DNA of 64,000 nt, taken from positions 1-64,000 of the IMG/VR virus record IMGVR_UViG_3300028844_005363; one strand, written 5' to 3'. This DNA comes from a virus. Each line of letters opens with the position of its first letter. The first letter of the stretch is position 1. Both the position numbers and the translations under genes were made by a program. The notes beneath the pieces were generated by a model. The model was not told the origin of the DNA. It was given only the letters and a program-made list of their open reading frames with translations, and did no database searches. Shown piece by piece: positions 28,575-38,748 of this stretch.

Positions 28575-30725
28575 TTAGTTATTCTGGGACTTATCTCCCG
28601 AATTTTCAAGTTGTTTCTTTATAATCTCAAGTTCCATGTTTCCTTGGGCTTGGGCTTTTTGTTTCTGCAAGTCACGCTCTTGAGTTGTACCAGACTCTTT
28701 CTCTACGAAATCCAGAGAGTTTATATCAGCTTCCGAATCCAACTTACGAGCCTTACTAGCTTCGGTTACTGCTTTAGCTCTATCCAGTACAGCCTTAGCT
28801 TGTTCTGACATAGGTTCGATAGTTTTCTTCTGTAACTCAGCTTCAAGAACAGCAATACGTAATTCTTGTTCACGTTGTGCTAATGGGTCAGGAGTCGGTT
28901 TGAACTCTTCTAACTCTTTAGCCAATGCAGGCATTTTACGTAGACGAGCAATGTTAGCTAAAATCTTCTGCGACAGTTCAGGCATCATATTGTTACCCAT
29001 AGTCTGTAGCATGAAAGCCAACTCTTGCGCTTTAGCGTTATCAACTTCAGCAGAACTAATATCAACTACTAGGTCAAAATTACCTGCTAAGTCATCTCGT
29101 CTAATGTCAGCAAATACATCGTCAGTAACACGCACGTATTCTTGCTCAGAAAGATAAACACCATTCATTGCAATTATTCTACGAGCCACACGTTTAAGAC
29201 CGTCTGACATTCTTCGTAGGATACCAAGCTCACGTTTACTTGCAGCATCTAAAGCGCCACGGATACCAGTAGCTACATCACCTAAACCATCACCACTAAT
29301 GCCACCGGCAAATGCACGAACACCTGTTAGTGATTCAGCTTCTTGGTTTTGCATCTGTAACATCAAGGGTGCTGATTGTGGAATTTCTTCCATCTTATTC
29401 ATGTAGAATAATTTGCTAGGATCAGTTTGCCCTTGGAACTCAAAATCATCACCGTCTTTAAACTTACGGCGGTTAGTAATATTAAGAGCATCGTTACGTA
29501 CGCCACGTTGACCATTTGCAGAACGAGCCACAATATCAATCATAGCGCGAGTTAGTGCACCTGCAATTTTTTGGTTGTCTTCTAAAAGTACACCATCTGG
29601 CTCACCATAAATTGCTTTACGTACTGGCAAATATTGAACTATTTCAAAAGGTGGTTTTCTATCAGGGAATGGATTTTCTTCCATACGTATAAGTATATTA
29701 CCAACCCATGCAGCAACAATTGGTACAGTAGTACCATCATCGTGAATATCCCAATCACCCCAATATTCTGTAACTACTAATTCTTTACGTGCTTTGTCGC
29801 TAAATTCAAAACTCTTTTCATCAGCATCTTCGTAATCAGGGTGAGCCAAAGCTTCATTGCTGCCTGGTCTAATTTTATCTAAATCAAAGTAAATACCTTG
29901 TGCTTTTAAACCAGATAAAGAACTTGTGAAGTTATACCCAACAAATCTAGCATCTTCTATTTTACCTTCACAAGATGGATCAACTACCACATTTTTATAG
30001 TGACAAATTTCTAAAGTAGGTTGGTTTTTAACAGTACGTTCTTCGCTAACTTCTTCCTCATCTTCTAGTATAGCAACGTGAGGAATACCAGTAGCTTGCG
30101 TGTATTGTAGTGCTATTTTGTTATGCTCAGGCACCGAGTCAAAGTCATACTCTTCTGACTGAGAAAGCTCTATAAGCTTCTGTAAGCGCTTCGCTACTGT
30201 AGGGTCATTAGTTGGTGCATAAGAATAGTTTTGTACTGTACGAGTAACTACAGCAATCTCTTCTTCCCAACCAATACGTACAATAATAGTACCTTCATCT
30301 ACAGCAGTACGTACATACTCATCAATGAAAGCCACCTTCTCAATTTGTGTATTAAACTGATTGTTTATAATAAGGTTATTTTGGCGTGCTGCTAGCTTAT
30401 CTGCATGCGTTGTAGGACGTATACTGAACATATTCTCAGTACTTAGAAAAGCTTCTGACAATGCGGCGTACCGCCATTCTGCCTGTTTACGTATAAGCTT
30501 AGTCTGCACAGATGAACGATTAGGACGTTTTTTAACTGCCGCTGAACCACGTACATGCAAGTTATCTAGGTATCGGTCTATCTTCGCTACTTGAGTACTA
30601 TGATCTGATTTGGCACTTGTTAAGTCTTTTTCCAAATCAGATATTGAAGGTACACTAGTCCATTCAGGTAAATTACTAGGTGCACTAGTATCTTCCTCGT
30701 TGTAGTCATCTTCTGCTTCTAACAT
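28575..30725 (-). CDS. Portal protein, N4 gp59-like
   Basis: KLIRKQAEWRYAALSE, FIDEYVRTAVDEGT, EENPFPD, GALDAASKRELGILRR. Confidence 0.93.
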   Translation of the reverse strand: MLEAEDDYNEEDTSAPSNLPEWTSVPSISDLEKDLTSAKSDHSTQVAKIDRYLDNLHVRGSAAVKKRPNRSSVQTKLIRKQAEWRYAALSEAFLSTENMFSIRPTTHADKLAARQNNLIINNQFNTQIEKVAFIDEYVRTAVDEGTIIVRIGWEEEIAVVTRTVQNYSYAPTNDPTVAKRLQKLIELSQSEEYDFDSVPEHNKIALQYTQATGIPHVAILEDEEEVSEERTVKNQPTLEICHYKNVVVDPSCEGKIEDARFVGYNFTSSLSGLKAQGIYFDLDKIRPGSNEALAHPDYEDADEKSFEFSDKARKELVVTEYWGDWDIHDDGTTVPIVAAWVGNILIRMEENPFPDRKPPFEIVQYLPVRKAIYGEPDGVLLEDNQKIAGALTRAMIDIVARSANGQRGVRNDALNITNRRKFKDGDDFEFQGQTDPSKLFYMNKMEEIPQSAPLMLQMQNQEAESLTGVRAFAGGISGDGLGDVATGIRGALDAASKRELGILRRMSDGLKRVARRIIAMNGVYLSEQEYVRVTDDVFADIRRDDLAGNFDLVVDISSAEVDNAKAQELAFMLQTMGNNMMPELSQKILANIARLRKMPALAKELEEFKPTPDPLAQREQELRIAVLEAELQKKTIEPMSEQAKAVLDRAKAVTEASKARKLDSEADINSLDFVEKESGTTQERDLQKQKAQAQGNMELEIIKKQLENSGDKSQNN

Positions 30726-30814
30726 TTATATGCCTTAAAAGTGTTTATATTTGTTTGTATAGTAGCTGCGCTACTGCTCCCGAATCAATCAATAAATCCG
30801 TAGAGAAATATATA

Positions 30815-31399
30815 ATGAATAATGAACCGGTAGATTATAACAAAGGTTGTGACAATACACAGTCTCCTTATTATGTAGGTGAACCAGAACAATGTGATTT
30901 ATGTTCTAGTATGGTTCCAGAAGGTTGTACTACGCAAGTATCAACTACTCAGCATGCTTGTGTAAGTTGCCTTAATGTCATTAACCAGTTTAAACCAGAT
31001 TACCCAACAGTGTTTTCCGACCAGGCAGAGTTTCTTACTGCCGGGGATGTACCATTCCCTCTTACTGACCAAGATGAAATGACTCCAATGCAGTCGGCTG
31101 AACTTCTTGTAGATGAGTATGAAGAGTGGGGTGAGGAATCACACTACTTAAGAACTGGTAACTTGAATGACTTAAAGGAGTGTATTGATATTATTTACAC
31201 TGCTGCTCAATACTTGAATCAGTCCGTTGGTGTTACTGCTGCGGGTAAACTGTGGGATATTGTACACAAGCATAATATGAGTAAGTGTATTGACGGTAAA
31301 CTACGTAAGTTACCTAACGGTAAAATTGATAAACCAGAAGGCTTTGATAAGATGTCATTCATTCCAAAATTTGAAGAGGTTCTTTCAGATGAGTTCTAG
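30815..31399 (+). CDS. MazG/PRA-PH-like all-alpha NTP pyrophosphatase with N-terminal Zn ribbon
   Basis: ELLVDEYEEW, KECIDIIY, VHKHNMSK..DGK..NGKIDKPEGF; CDLC...CVSC. Confidence 0.75.
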   Translation: MNNEPVDYNKGCDNTQSPYYVGEPEQCDLCSSMVPEGCTTQVSTTQHACVSCLNVINQFKPDYPTVFSDQAEFLTAGDVPFPLTDQDEMTPMQSAELLVDEYEEWGEESHYLRTGNLNDLKECIDIIYTAAQYLNQSVGVTAAGKLWDIVHKHNMSKCIDGKLRKLPNGKIDKPEGFDKMSFIPKFEEVLSDEF

Positions 31400-31967
31400 T
31401 AGCGTCTTGGATATAATTTCAAATATCACTGACCCTAAGCAATGCACTGCTGAAAAAATTAGTGGTATGTGCGATATGTCCGTACATCAACTCAGACGCA
31501 AGTACGCTACCGATATTAAGTTACATAAACAATCGCTTAACAATAAACCGCCTACTGTGGCAGTTACCCCTACCGCACCTAATGAATCTAACCAAGAGCT
31601 GTTAAAAATTTTAGTTACCTTGTCGGCAAAAGTAGACAAACTTACTAAAGAAGTAATTAAGCTGCGAGATAAGCGCAGTAAAGACGAGACTAGTGAAGGT
31701 TGGTACTCTACTGGCTATGATATGAATGGTACGATGGCTGGTGATAGAGAAGCCTACGTTGAACTACTTTTTGCTAGTGGCGCTAAGCGCAAAATGACAT
31801 GGGGTGATTACATAGATTCAGGTAGAAGGTTTATAGCTTTTGTTAATACCAATTACGAAGATGCAGGTGATTGCTCAAGTGATGTTTATATGTCTATACG
31901 TCCTTGTGAGACACCTCCGCATACCGCAAGTATCCGTAAAATAATGAAACATTTAGGAATTAAGTAA
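31389..31967 (+). CDS. Hypothetical protein (possible HTH plus coiled coil)
   Basis: TAEKISGMCDMSVHQLRRKY; heptad segment. Confidence 0.6.
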   Translation: MSSSSVLDIISNITDPKQCTAEKISGMCDMSVHQLRRKYATDIKLHKQSLNNKPPTVAVTPTAPNESNQELLKILVTLSAKVDKLTKEVIKLRDKRSKDETSEGWYSTGYDMNGTMAGDREAYVELLFASGAKRKMTWGDYIDSGRRFIAFVNTNYEDAGDCSSDVYMSIRPCETPPHTASIRKIMKHLGIK

Positions 31968-32674
31968 TGAGCTTTAATGTATACAAACAAGGTACCAATG
32001 GTTACGCACTTTACTTCGCTAAAGGCGATTGGCGTGAGTCGGCAAGTGTTCGTAATGATCAACTTAAACCAGTAGCTGAAGCTATGATTGGTATTACAGG
32101 TACTTTGAACCATGGCAAGAATACTTTAGCTGGTCTAATCCAGAGTCATTTAGTAACTACCAAACGTAAAGAGATGGCTTTTGGGGATGCACCTAAAGTA
32201 ATACTACAAAAAGTATTTCCTAAGTGGACTTCAGCACACTTTTATACGCGCGAACTTAAAGAAGCTGTTTGCCCTATATATGGTATTAGTCCTCGTACAG
32301 CTATGACTAAGTTCGGTACTGACTTTATGCGTAACTCACTTGGTTTACCACGTTACTGGATTAACTTATTAGAGGAGGATATGGAAACTCTTGGCCGTAA
32401 ACCAGAAGACGTAATCATTACTGATATACGTTTTAATAATGAAGCTGCTTGGGCTAAGTCTAATGATGGTTTCATTATCCGTATACGTGACCCTCGTAAA
32501 CCTGTACCTACTGAAGAAGAAAGTGAGCAAGGTATCTCTACCATGTTCATTGATTTCGATATAGAAAATGATGGCTCTATTGATGACATCGTAGATAAAC
32601 TCCTTATACTGAAACCTCTTTATTACTTACCAAAGAGTTTTCCAGAAGATGAATCGCGAATATTCCCTCAGTAA
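31967..32674 (+). CDS. Deoxynucleoside monophosphate kinase
   Basis: IGITGTLNHGKNT, AFGDAPK, SPRTAMTKFGTD, ITDIRFNNEA, ESEQG, IENDGS. Confidence 0.85.
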   Translation: MSFNVYKQGTNGYALYFAKGDWRESASVRNDQLKPVAEAMIGITGTLNHGKNTLAGLIQSHLVTTKRKEMAFGDAPKVILQKVFPKWTSAHFYTRELKEAVCPIYGISPRTAMTKFGTDFMRNSLGLPRYWINLLEEDMETLGRKPEDVIITDIRFNNEAAWAKSNDGFIIRIRDPRKPVPTEEESEQGISTMFIDFDIENDGSIDDIVDKLLILKPLYYLPKSFPEDESRIFPQ

Positions 32675-33119
32675 AAACAGTCAAGCAAAGGTAGATACGT
32701 GCGCTCCTATTATTAAATCAGTAGTAGCGCGCGCTATGGAAATTGCTAATACTCGTAAATTACACTGCCCTGATTGGGGTGTTAGTTCAGGTAAACGAAC
32801 CACTGATGAACAATTCAATATGTACCGTAAAGGTCGTTCAATGGTTATCAAAGATAAAGGTTCAAGTGAGTACGCTGTAGTTGACCCATTTAAAGTTATT
32901 ACTAATGCGGATGGTTACGCTAAGAAGTCAGCTCATCAAACTGGTTTAGCTATTGATATTTATTGCTATGTTGATGGTCAAACTAATTACGACTTTGATA
33001 ATTTAGCTGCTGTTGCTACATGCTTATTTGCTGCTGCTTGTGAACTAGGTGTGCATCTAGTTTGGGGTGGTAACTGGAATAGCCTAACGGATGCACCTCA
33101 TTTCGAGGTGAAGCTATGA
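32649..33119 (+). CDS. Endolysin, peptidase M15 (L-Ala-D-Glu type)
   Basis: GKRTTDEQ..MYRKGR, SAHQTGLAID, WGGNW..DAPHFE. Confidence 0.88.
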   Translation: MNREYSLSKNSQAKVDTCAPIIKSVVARAMEIANTRKLHCPDWGVSSGKRTTDEQFNMYRKGRSMVIKDKGSSEYAVVDPFKVITNADGYAKKSAHQTGLAIDIYCYVDGQTNYDFDNLAAVATCLFAAACELGVHLVWGGNWNSLTDAPHFEVKL

Positions 33120-33673
33120 ATATATTAATCCATGGTTACAATGTACGTGACCCAATGACTACTGTAGGGCGTTTACAGAAGCGTTTATCTAATACCTATC
33201 TATTTGTATATGGTTGGTTTGGTTTGACCTCTGTACTGCTATACAACAAACGTGAAGCCATAAAACTTAAAGAGCTTTTAGACCAGCATCCTGAAAGTAC
33301 TGTTTATGCACATTCGAATGGTTGTGCTATTGCTGTATTAGCTGCTGAGTTGGGAGCCAAGATTAAAACATTGGTTTGTATTAACCCTGCGCTGAAGACT
33401 GATTATGTATTCCCAGATACGATTACTAATGTAGGTGTGGTTCATACTAAACATGACGTACCAACTAAGGTAGCTCGTTTCTTGGATTACGTACCGTTTA
33501 TTCAGTTGATTGTACCTAACGCATGGGGAGCCATGGGAAACTATGGTGCAGAAGATAAGCGAGTTAAAAACTTTGATTTCAGTGATTACTTAGATGGGCA
33601 TAGTGCTTTTTTTGAGTATAGAAATATGGATATATGTTTGCCTGTTGTTCGTTCGTGGGTAAAACAATTGTAA
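33116..33673 (+). CDS. Alpha/beta hydrolase (lipase/esterase-like)
   Basis: LIHGY oxyanion motif, AHSNG nucleophile elbow, INPAL, D, GHS. Confidence 0.8.
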   Translation: MNILIHGYNVRDPMTTVGRLQKRLSNTYLFVYGWFGLTSVLLYNKREAIKLKELLDQHPESTVYAHSNGCAIAVLAAELGAKIKTLVCINPALKTDYVFPDTITNVGVVHTKHDVPTKVARFLDYVPFIQLIVPNAWGAMGNYGAEDKRVKNFDFSDYLDGHSAFFEYRNMDICLPVVRSWVKQL

Positions 33674-33677
33674 AATT

Positions 33678-33706
33678 AGCCATCCTTCGGGATGGCTTTT
33701 TTATTT
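33678..33706 (+). terminator. Terminator at convergence point
   Basis: AGCCATCC-TTCG-GGATGGCT followed by TTTTT. Confidence 0.9.
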
Positions 33707-33710
33707 GGAA

Positions 33711-34157
33711 TTAAATGCCGTCCTTATATTTTTCAGTGAATGATCGCATTTCATCTTTCATAGGTTGCATCAACTGTGTAATGCCACTAACTATGTCATG
33801 TTTAATTACCTGAGAAACCAAATAATCTAAAGATACTGGTTTAGGCATATAGTCTACAACACCTAAATGTATCGATTGGCTTAGATTATCAGGGTCATCA
33901 CTACCAGAAACGAATATAACAGGAATGTCCTTAGTTACTTCATTAGACTTCAAGGCTGTGCAAACCTGAAAGCCATCCATGCCTGGCATAACTAAATCCA
34001 ATACTACAAATGAAGGTTTATGTTCTAGGGCATATTCCACTGCTTTTGTGGGATCAGCCAAAGCAATTGCTTTAACTCCCGCACGCTCAAAAGCTTCTAG
34101 GAATACACGCCTATCTAAAGGACTATCATCAATAATAAGTACAGTCGCATTACACAT
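33711..34157 (-). CDS. Stand-alone CheY-like response-regulator receiver protein
   Basis: VLIIDDS, VVLDLVMPGMDGFQVC, IPVIFVSG, GVVDYMPKP. Confidence 0.92.
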   Translation of the reverse strand: MCNATVLIIDDSPLDRRVFLEAFERAGVKAIALADPTKAVEYALEHKPSFVVLDLVMPGMDGFQVCTALKSNEVTKDIPVIFVSGSDDPDNLSQSIHLGVVDYMPKPVSLDYLVSQVIKHDIVSGITQLMQPMKDEMRSFTEKYKDGI

Positions 34158-34160
34158 ATT

Positions 34161-34463
34161 TTATTCCTTGTTGTGATTATGCTGCTGAAGATTAGTTAAA
34201 GTCATGCTGTGCAATCTTTTTTCTAAATCCAGTTCAGCCCGCAAAATCGTGTCGTTAAGTTTTCGAAGGTCAACCCCAAGCGGAACCAGTTTACCATCTA
34301 TGTCGGTTAACTTTGCCTGAATGATTTCAACATCTTTTTTTAAGTTGGCATTATCCAATGCAAGAGCTTCAATCTTTTCTTTCTGCTTACTCCAAGCATT
34401 AGCTAATGCACCAATAGGTACTATTAAAATTGCCCAAATGAAAGACATTAAATTCAAATCCAT
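34161..34463 (-). CDS. Single-TM coiled-coil protein, holin-like
   Basis: N-terminal TM then leucine heptads; sits where N4-like holins lie, after the tail genes. Confidence 0.5.
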   Translation of the reverse strand: MDLNLMSFIWAILIVPIGALANAWSKQKEKIEALALDNANLKKDVEIIQAKLTDIDGKLVPLGVDLRKLNDTILRAELDLEKRLHSMTLTNLQQHNHNKE

Positions 34464-34604
34464 ACTTACCTCTATTTTGATTACCTGCCTCTATCAGATC
34501 AGAGAAATACACCTCTGAGGTGCTATGTTACGCAAGTATTAGATATAAATATAGGAATACCCGACTGTACTTAATCATACAGTCAGGGTGATTACAGAAG
34601 CTTT

Positions 34605-35903
34605 CTACATAGCATCCAATTCTTCTAAGTAAATACGATCAGACATAACAGCTCTATCAAATACTATTTCCTTATTATATAGCTTGTTGTTTATCATAAC
34701 GTTCTTCAAAGTGATAATGTCGCCTGTAGCATAAAAACGCATAATAGGCGTAATACTAGCATCATCCAGCAAAATCTTACCGCCGATAACATCAATACGT
34801 GAATTATCAGAAGAGTAAGCTATGTTGGTTCGTAGCACTGAACCTCTATCCAAGCTAAGCTCATCAAACGATTGCGCGTCACCATATATGTTACAACCAA
34901 TTACTTTTACATAGCCCTGTGATTGCACACAAGCACCTTCATCACGAAAAGCTCTTGTATTTTTAATAGTACAACCAATCAGCTTATTGGTTAACGAGTA
35001 TGACCATACACCAACACCGTATTTACAGGTGTTCATTGTAGAGTCTACTACGCGCATATCCCCACCTTTACAATCAATACCTCGGTCGCCACAATTTAGA
35101 AAGTGACTATCATAGATACGCTGCTTAGTACCCGCATTAATAGTAATACCATCACCTTGAATATAACTGTCGATAATCTCCCCTGTATTATTTTGAGTGA
35201 AACCACAGTTTTTAACATACAGACTTCTTATGTATAAGTTATCTGCAATGTTACAAGTGATTGCATTAGGGTACGCCGCGCCTTGCACCGAAGCCATATC
35301 AATCTTAGCATCAGTAATTGTAACGTCCTTAACATTGTCGTATAGACGAATACCAGCTTTCTTCAAGTACTTCGCTCTAAAATTATCCACAACTACAGGA
35401 CCATTAGTAGAAGCTATATATATACCGGTAGATGCGTTAAACACTTTAATATCAGAAAGTCTATTACTGCCTGAATTAGAGTGCATATACAGTGCGCTGT
35501 TAAAGTGAAAGAAAGTCATGCACGTTATATCGGTATGCTTAGATTCAACAAAAAAAGCCAAAGCACCATCACTATCTGTATTTTCCCAAGGATACTGTGT
35601 AACCCCTAAAAAGTAAGGAGCCGTATCTCTCGTAGGTAGTACCGCATTACGTGAAGGGGCGCTACCACCTATAATACGTAACTTACCTTCGCTGCTTCCG
35701 CTATTGGCTTGATATGTATGAATACTGTCATCTATATCTATGTTACTTTTTTCGCCTTTTATTTTACTTATAAGCAAAACATCATCTTTACCTAACTTGT
35801 CGGTGCTGTCTAAAATTTTAGATTTAATTTCAGCCAATCCCATTGAGTTAGCCCAAGAACCACCAGTGTTTGAACCACTAGGACTTGCTCTGTATATACC
35901 CAT
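34605..35903 (-). CDS. Parallel beta-helix tail spike / polysaccharide depolymerase
   Basis: Repeating beta-helix rungs (GDGITIN, CGDRGIDCKG, GVGVW). Confidence 0.7.
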   Translation of the reverse strand: MGIYRASPSGSNTGGSWANSMGLAEIKSKILDSTDKLGKDDVLLISKIKGEKSNIDIDDSIHTYQANSGSSEGKLRIIGGSAPSRNAVLPTRDTAPYFLGVTQYPWENTDSDGALAFFVESKHTDITCMTFFHFNSALYMHSNSGSNRLSDIKVFNASTGIYIASTNGPVVVDNFRAKYLKKAGIRLYDNVKDVTITDAKIDMASVQGAAYPNAITCNIADNLYIRSLYVKNCGFTQNNTGEIIDSYIQGDGITINAGTKQRIYDSHFLNCGDRGIDCKGGDMRVVDSTMNTCKYGVGVWSYSLTNKLIGCTIKNTRAFRDEGACVQSQGYVKVIGCNIYGDAQSFDELSLDRGSVLRTNIAYSSDNSRIDVIGGKILLDDASITPIMRFYATGDIITLKNVMINNKLYNKEIVFDRAVMSDRIYLEELDAM

Positions 35904-35967
35904 TTTATTACCTCAATTACAGCCAGTAATACTACTCACTGGCTGGTTTATTTATTTTAATAACTAC

Positions 35968-37995
35968 TTAAGCCCATAACCAAGTACCGTCGCCTTGACC
36001 TACAGGTGACTCACCAACTTTTGGTAATGAACCATTAGCATCAATAACTGTACTTACTTCATAAGGGAGCGCAATGAAGTTACCTTTATTAATGTCTTTC
36101 TGGTTTAAATAATCAGTGTCTACAATCAAGTAATCTATAATTGGTAGTTTACCTGATGCATCCCAAGCAACACCATCTACGGCAAAATCAAATGCAAATT
36201 TAGTCGCACCTTCAGGCACTACTACAGAACGGTATGCACCATTAACGCCATCGTGATAGCTAGCGCTACCCTTAGCTACAATGATGTCATTGTCGTCAGC
36301 AAACCAATAACTGCTATTATCACCACCGGTGTCTAGCTTAATAGTATAACCAGCTTCTAGCCCTGTGATAATAGTAGTGGTTCTACGTTCTGGTGTCGTA
36401 GTACTCAGGCGCAATATATTACTAGCTGCACCTCCGTTATACCAAGAACCTGCTTGCACACTAAAAGTTAAAGGTGATGGCGCATAAAGCTTAGCTTCGT
36501 CTTCCATAGTCATAAGCATACGAGATTCTTCAGGTAACACATTACTAAAAATATAATTAACTAATCTTCGTAAACCATTATAATTTGGATGCGTGAAATC
36601 CAAGTAATACTCGTCCATTAAATGTACGGCTTTGGTTGCTGCCTTGCCACTAACATAAACACTATCTTCAAATTCTAAAGGTAATGTTTTGTACATAGCA
36701 TCAAGCTCATCATTGTCCGATGCACCTGTTTCGTTAGGTGATACAAATACAATTAAAGTATTAGGTCTTGAAGCTAGATAGGTATTGAGTCCATTTACAA
36801 TATCCTGTTTCACTTCATCTACCGTCTGTCCGCTGTGGTTAATACCTAACGACATTTCTAATATCGTTGTACTGCCTGTTCCGGGGGTACGTGTTATTGC
36901 TTCAGTCAGGGTAGAGTTACCGGTATTACTTCTCCAATTACCTGCTGTTTGACCACCACTAGAATTTTCTAAAGCTTGAAAGTTTATCTTAGCTAACTGT
37001 GGTTCATAGTAATCTAAGGAATCAACCTCACCACTTAATCGTGTACTGTCACCAGTAACTACATAGGTGTAAGGTGTCTCAGACTTTAAGGCATCAAGGA
37101 AACGTTGTTTGATAGCAGTGGTTACTATTTCTGTACCGCCACCAACATCACCGTCATCTACAGCACCGCTTATTACTTTCCAGTCTTTTGCTGTAGAAGT
37201 ACCCAGGGCAACAAAGTACTCACCAGTGTTAGGGTTAATTAGTCGCTCACCTTCGTACAATGGTGCATGAATAGGTGTGCTTCTAACTGGTATAACTTCA
37301 TTTTCTAAACCAGTGTAAAAATCAGCTTCTGTTGGTTCTGGGTAGTCAGAGTAAGTAAGGTACTTATCTTTAACATACTCATCACCATTTTTGTTGTAAC
37401 GAACATCGAGGTCATACTCACCTTCAGCATCAAAAGCACCTAAACCCTCCTGACCTTCCATGTTCTCTGAAATCATAGTCCAACGTTCTTTACTATTATT
37501 TATTGTATAAATAATATAAGAAGGTACTTTTAATACACACTCGCCTACGTCTTCTTCCCTGATATGCAATTCACCAGCAGCAAACAACCACTCTGAACCA
37601 TACTTTATAAGCACATTAGCAAGACCATCATCGTCTTTAAAATTACCTAGCGTAACCACACTAATATCTTTTAAAGCTTCTTCGTCCATAAGTAAGAAGT
37701 CCGCATAAGTAGGCACTAAAACACTACCACCCGAACCACCAATAACAACACCTCCGGGTGTCACTCCATCATGTAAGTGGATCTCCCACTTTTCAACATC
37801 AAGAGTAAGTTCCCCTTCCATACCTATAAAATTTTTATTTTCTTCTGTAGTTCCCTTTTTTGGTCGCAGTACTCGGCTGCCTTCTGTTTCTGTAACGAAA
37901 CCGCCAATGAAATCACTATTCATTCTTTCAAGTGATTCCGCTATCTTACTACCACACTCTTTGTCGTCATCACAACTAATTGCAATAATACCCAT
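35968..37995 (-). CDS. Tail fibre / receptor-binding protein: Mtd_N-like region plus SGNH esterase
   Basis: GTTEENKNFIGMEGELTLDVEKWEIHLHDGVTPGG; SGNH blocks GDST, GG, LGIN, DFTHPN; TAATG coupling to the upstream gene. Confidence 0.75.
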   Translation of the reverse strand: MGIIAISCDDDKECGSKIAESLERMNSDFIGGFVTETEGSRVLRPKKGTTEENKNFIGMEGELTLDVEKWEIHLHDGVTPGGVVIGGSGGSVLVPTYADFLLMDEEALKDISVVTLGNFKDDDGLANVLIKYGSEWLFAAGELHIREEDVGECVLKVPSYIIYTINNSKERWTMISENMEGQEGLGAFDAEGEYDLDVRYNKNGDEYVKDKYLTYSDYPEPTEADFYTGLENEVIPVRSTPIHAPLYEGERLINPNTGEYFVALGTSTAKDWKVISGAVDDGDVGGGTEIVTTAIKQRFLDALKSETPYTYVVTGDSTRLSGEVDSLDYYEPQLAKINFQALENSSGGQTAGNWRSNTGNSTLTEAITRTPGTGSTTILEMSLGINHSGQTVDEVKQDIVNGLNTYLASRPNTLIVFVSPNETGASDNDELDAMYKTLPLEFEDSVYVSGKAATKAVHLMDEYYLDFTHPNYNGLRRLVNYIFSNVLPEESRMLMTMEDEAKLYAPSPLTFSVQAGSWYNGGAASNILRLSTTTPERRTTTIITGLEAGYTIKLDTGGDNSSYWFADDNDIIVAKGSASYHDGVNGAYRSVVVPEGATKFAFDFAVDGVAWDASGKLPIIDYLIVDTDYLNQKDINKGNFIALPYEVSTVIDANGSLPKVGESPVGQGDGTWLWA

Positions 37996-38699
37996 TAGCA
38001 CCAACCCTCATCAGTATTTTTCATTTCTTTAGATATTAGATTAATAGTATCTTTACTTTCTAATCTAGCGCATTCATTTTGGTATATAGAGTAGTAATTA
38101 TTACTCTGGGATTCCCCAGCCAATGATTTACGATTCTTGTAAATACGATGACCTATGTAAGCCAATAAAGCTTCCGTGAATTGTATAGGTAAATTTATTT
38201 CTTGCCCTTCAATGTCATCACCTTCAAGTCTAATTTTCGGGTGTTTAGCCTGATAAATTACATTGTACATTGTGTCCTGAATAGTCTCAGGAAACTCAAT
38301 AGTATTGAAGCTTGGTAACATTACTGACGAACAAAATGATTCGTTATTAATGAATACTGGTTTATTACACGCGTCCACCACTCTATCTATACGAATAATG
38401 TCATCGGTAAAAGGTGCGCTTGAAGAATCTATAATGTACTTATTTGGTTTAGTACTTATAGTACTTAAAGCATAATCACTTTTTAAGTGGTAAGTGGTAA
38501 CACCTGATACCTGCTTTAATAGCACATTACTAAATCGCAATTCAAAGCGTGCATGCAAAGCATCTAAGGCTGCATTAATAGCAGGTATAACTTGTACGTA
38601 CTGGTCTGGCTGAGTAACTGTTTGGGTGTCATCACCACCTATAGATAAGTGCGCTAACTCCCCATAAGCCAAGTGTTCTAATATGTCACTAACTAACAT
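37995..38699 (-). CDS. Head-tail adaptor/tail protein, N4 gp67-like
   Basis: LAYGELAHL, INAALDALHARF, FTDDIIRI, YQAKHP, EALLAYIG. Confidence 0.8.
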   Translation of the reverse strand: MLVSDILEHLAYGELAHLSIGGDDTQTVTQPDQYVQVIPAINAALDALHARFELRFSNVLLKQVSGVTTYHLKSDYALSTISTKPNKYIIDSSSAPFTDDIIRIDRVVDACNKPVFINNESFCSSVMLPSFNTIEFPETIQDTMYNVIYQAKHPKIRLEGDDIEGQEINLPIQFTEALLAYIGHRIYKNRKSLAGESQSNNYYSIYQNECARLESKDTINLISKEMKNTDEGWC

Positions 38700-38729
38700 T
38701 TTAATTACCTTGTTTTATTAATAATCTTT

Positions 38730-38735
38730 AGTATA
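38730..38735 (-). promoter_or_regulatory. Putative late -10 box TATACT
   Basis: Upstream of the gp67-like gene. Confidence 0.4.
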
Positions 38736-38748
38736 ACTTAATGGCTTG

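Noticed and set aside
33711-34157. Host contamination or prophage flank explaining the receiver gene
   Set aside because: It is embedded between phage lysis and tail genes with tight spacing and similar base composition; no host genes or integrase are seen.
35968-37995. Diversity-generating retroelement suggested by the Mtd_N-like domain and the paralogous copy
   Set aside because: No reverse transcriptase is present, and the differences between the copies do not appear adenine-specific.
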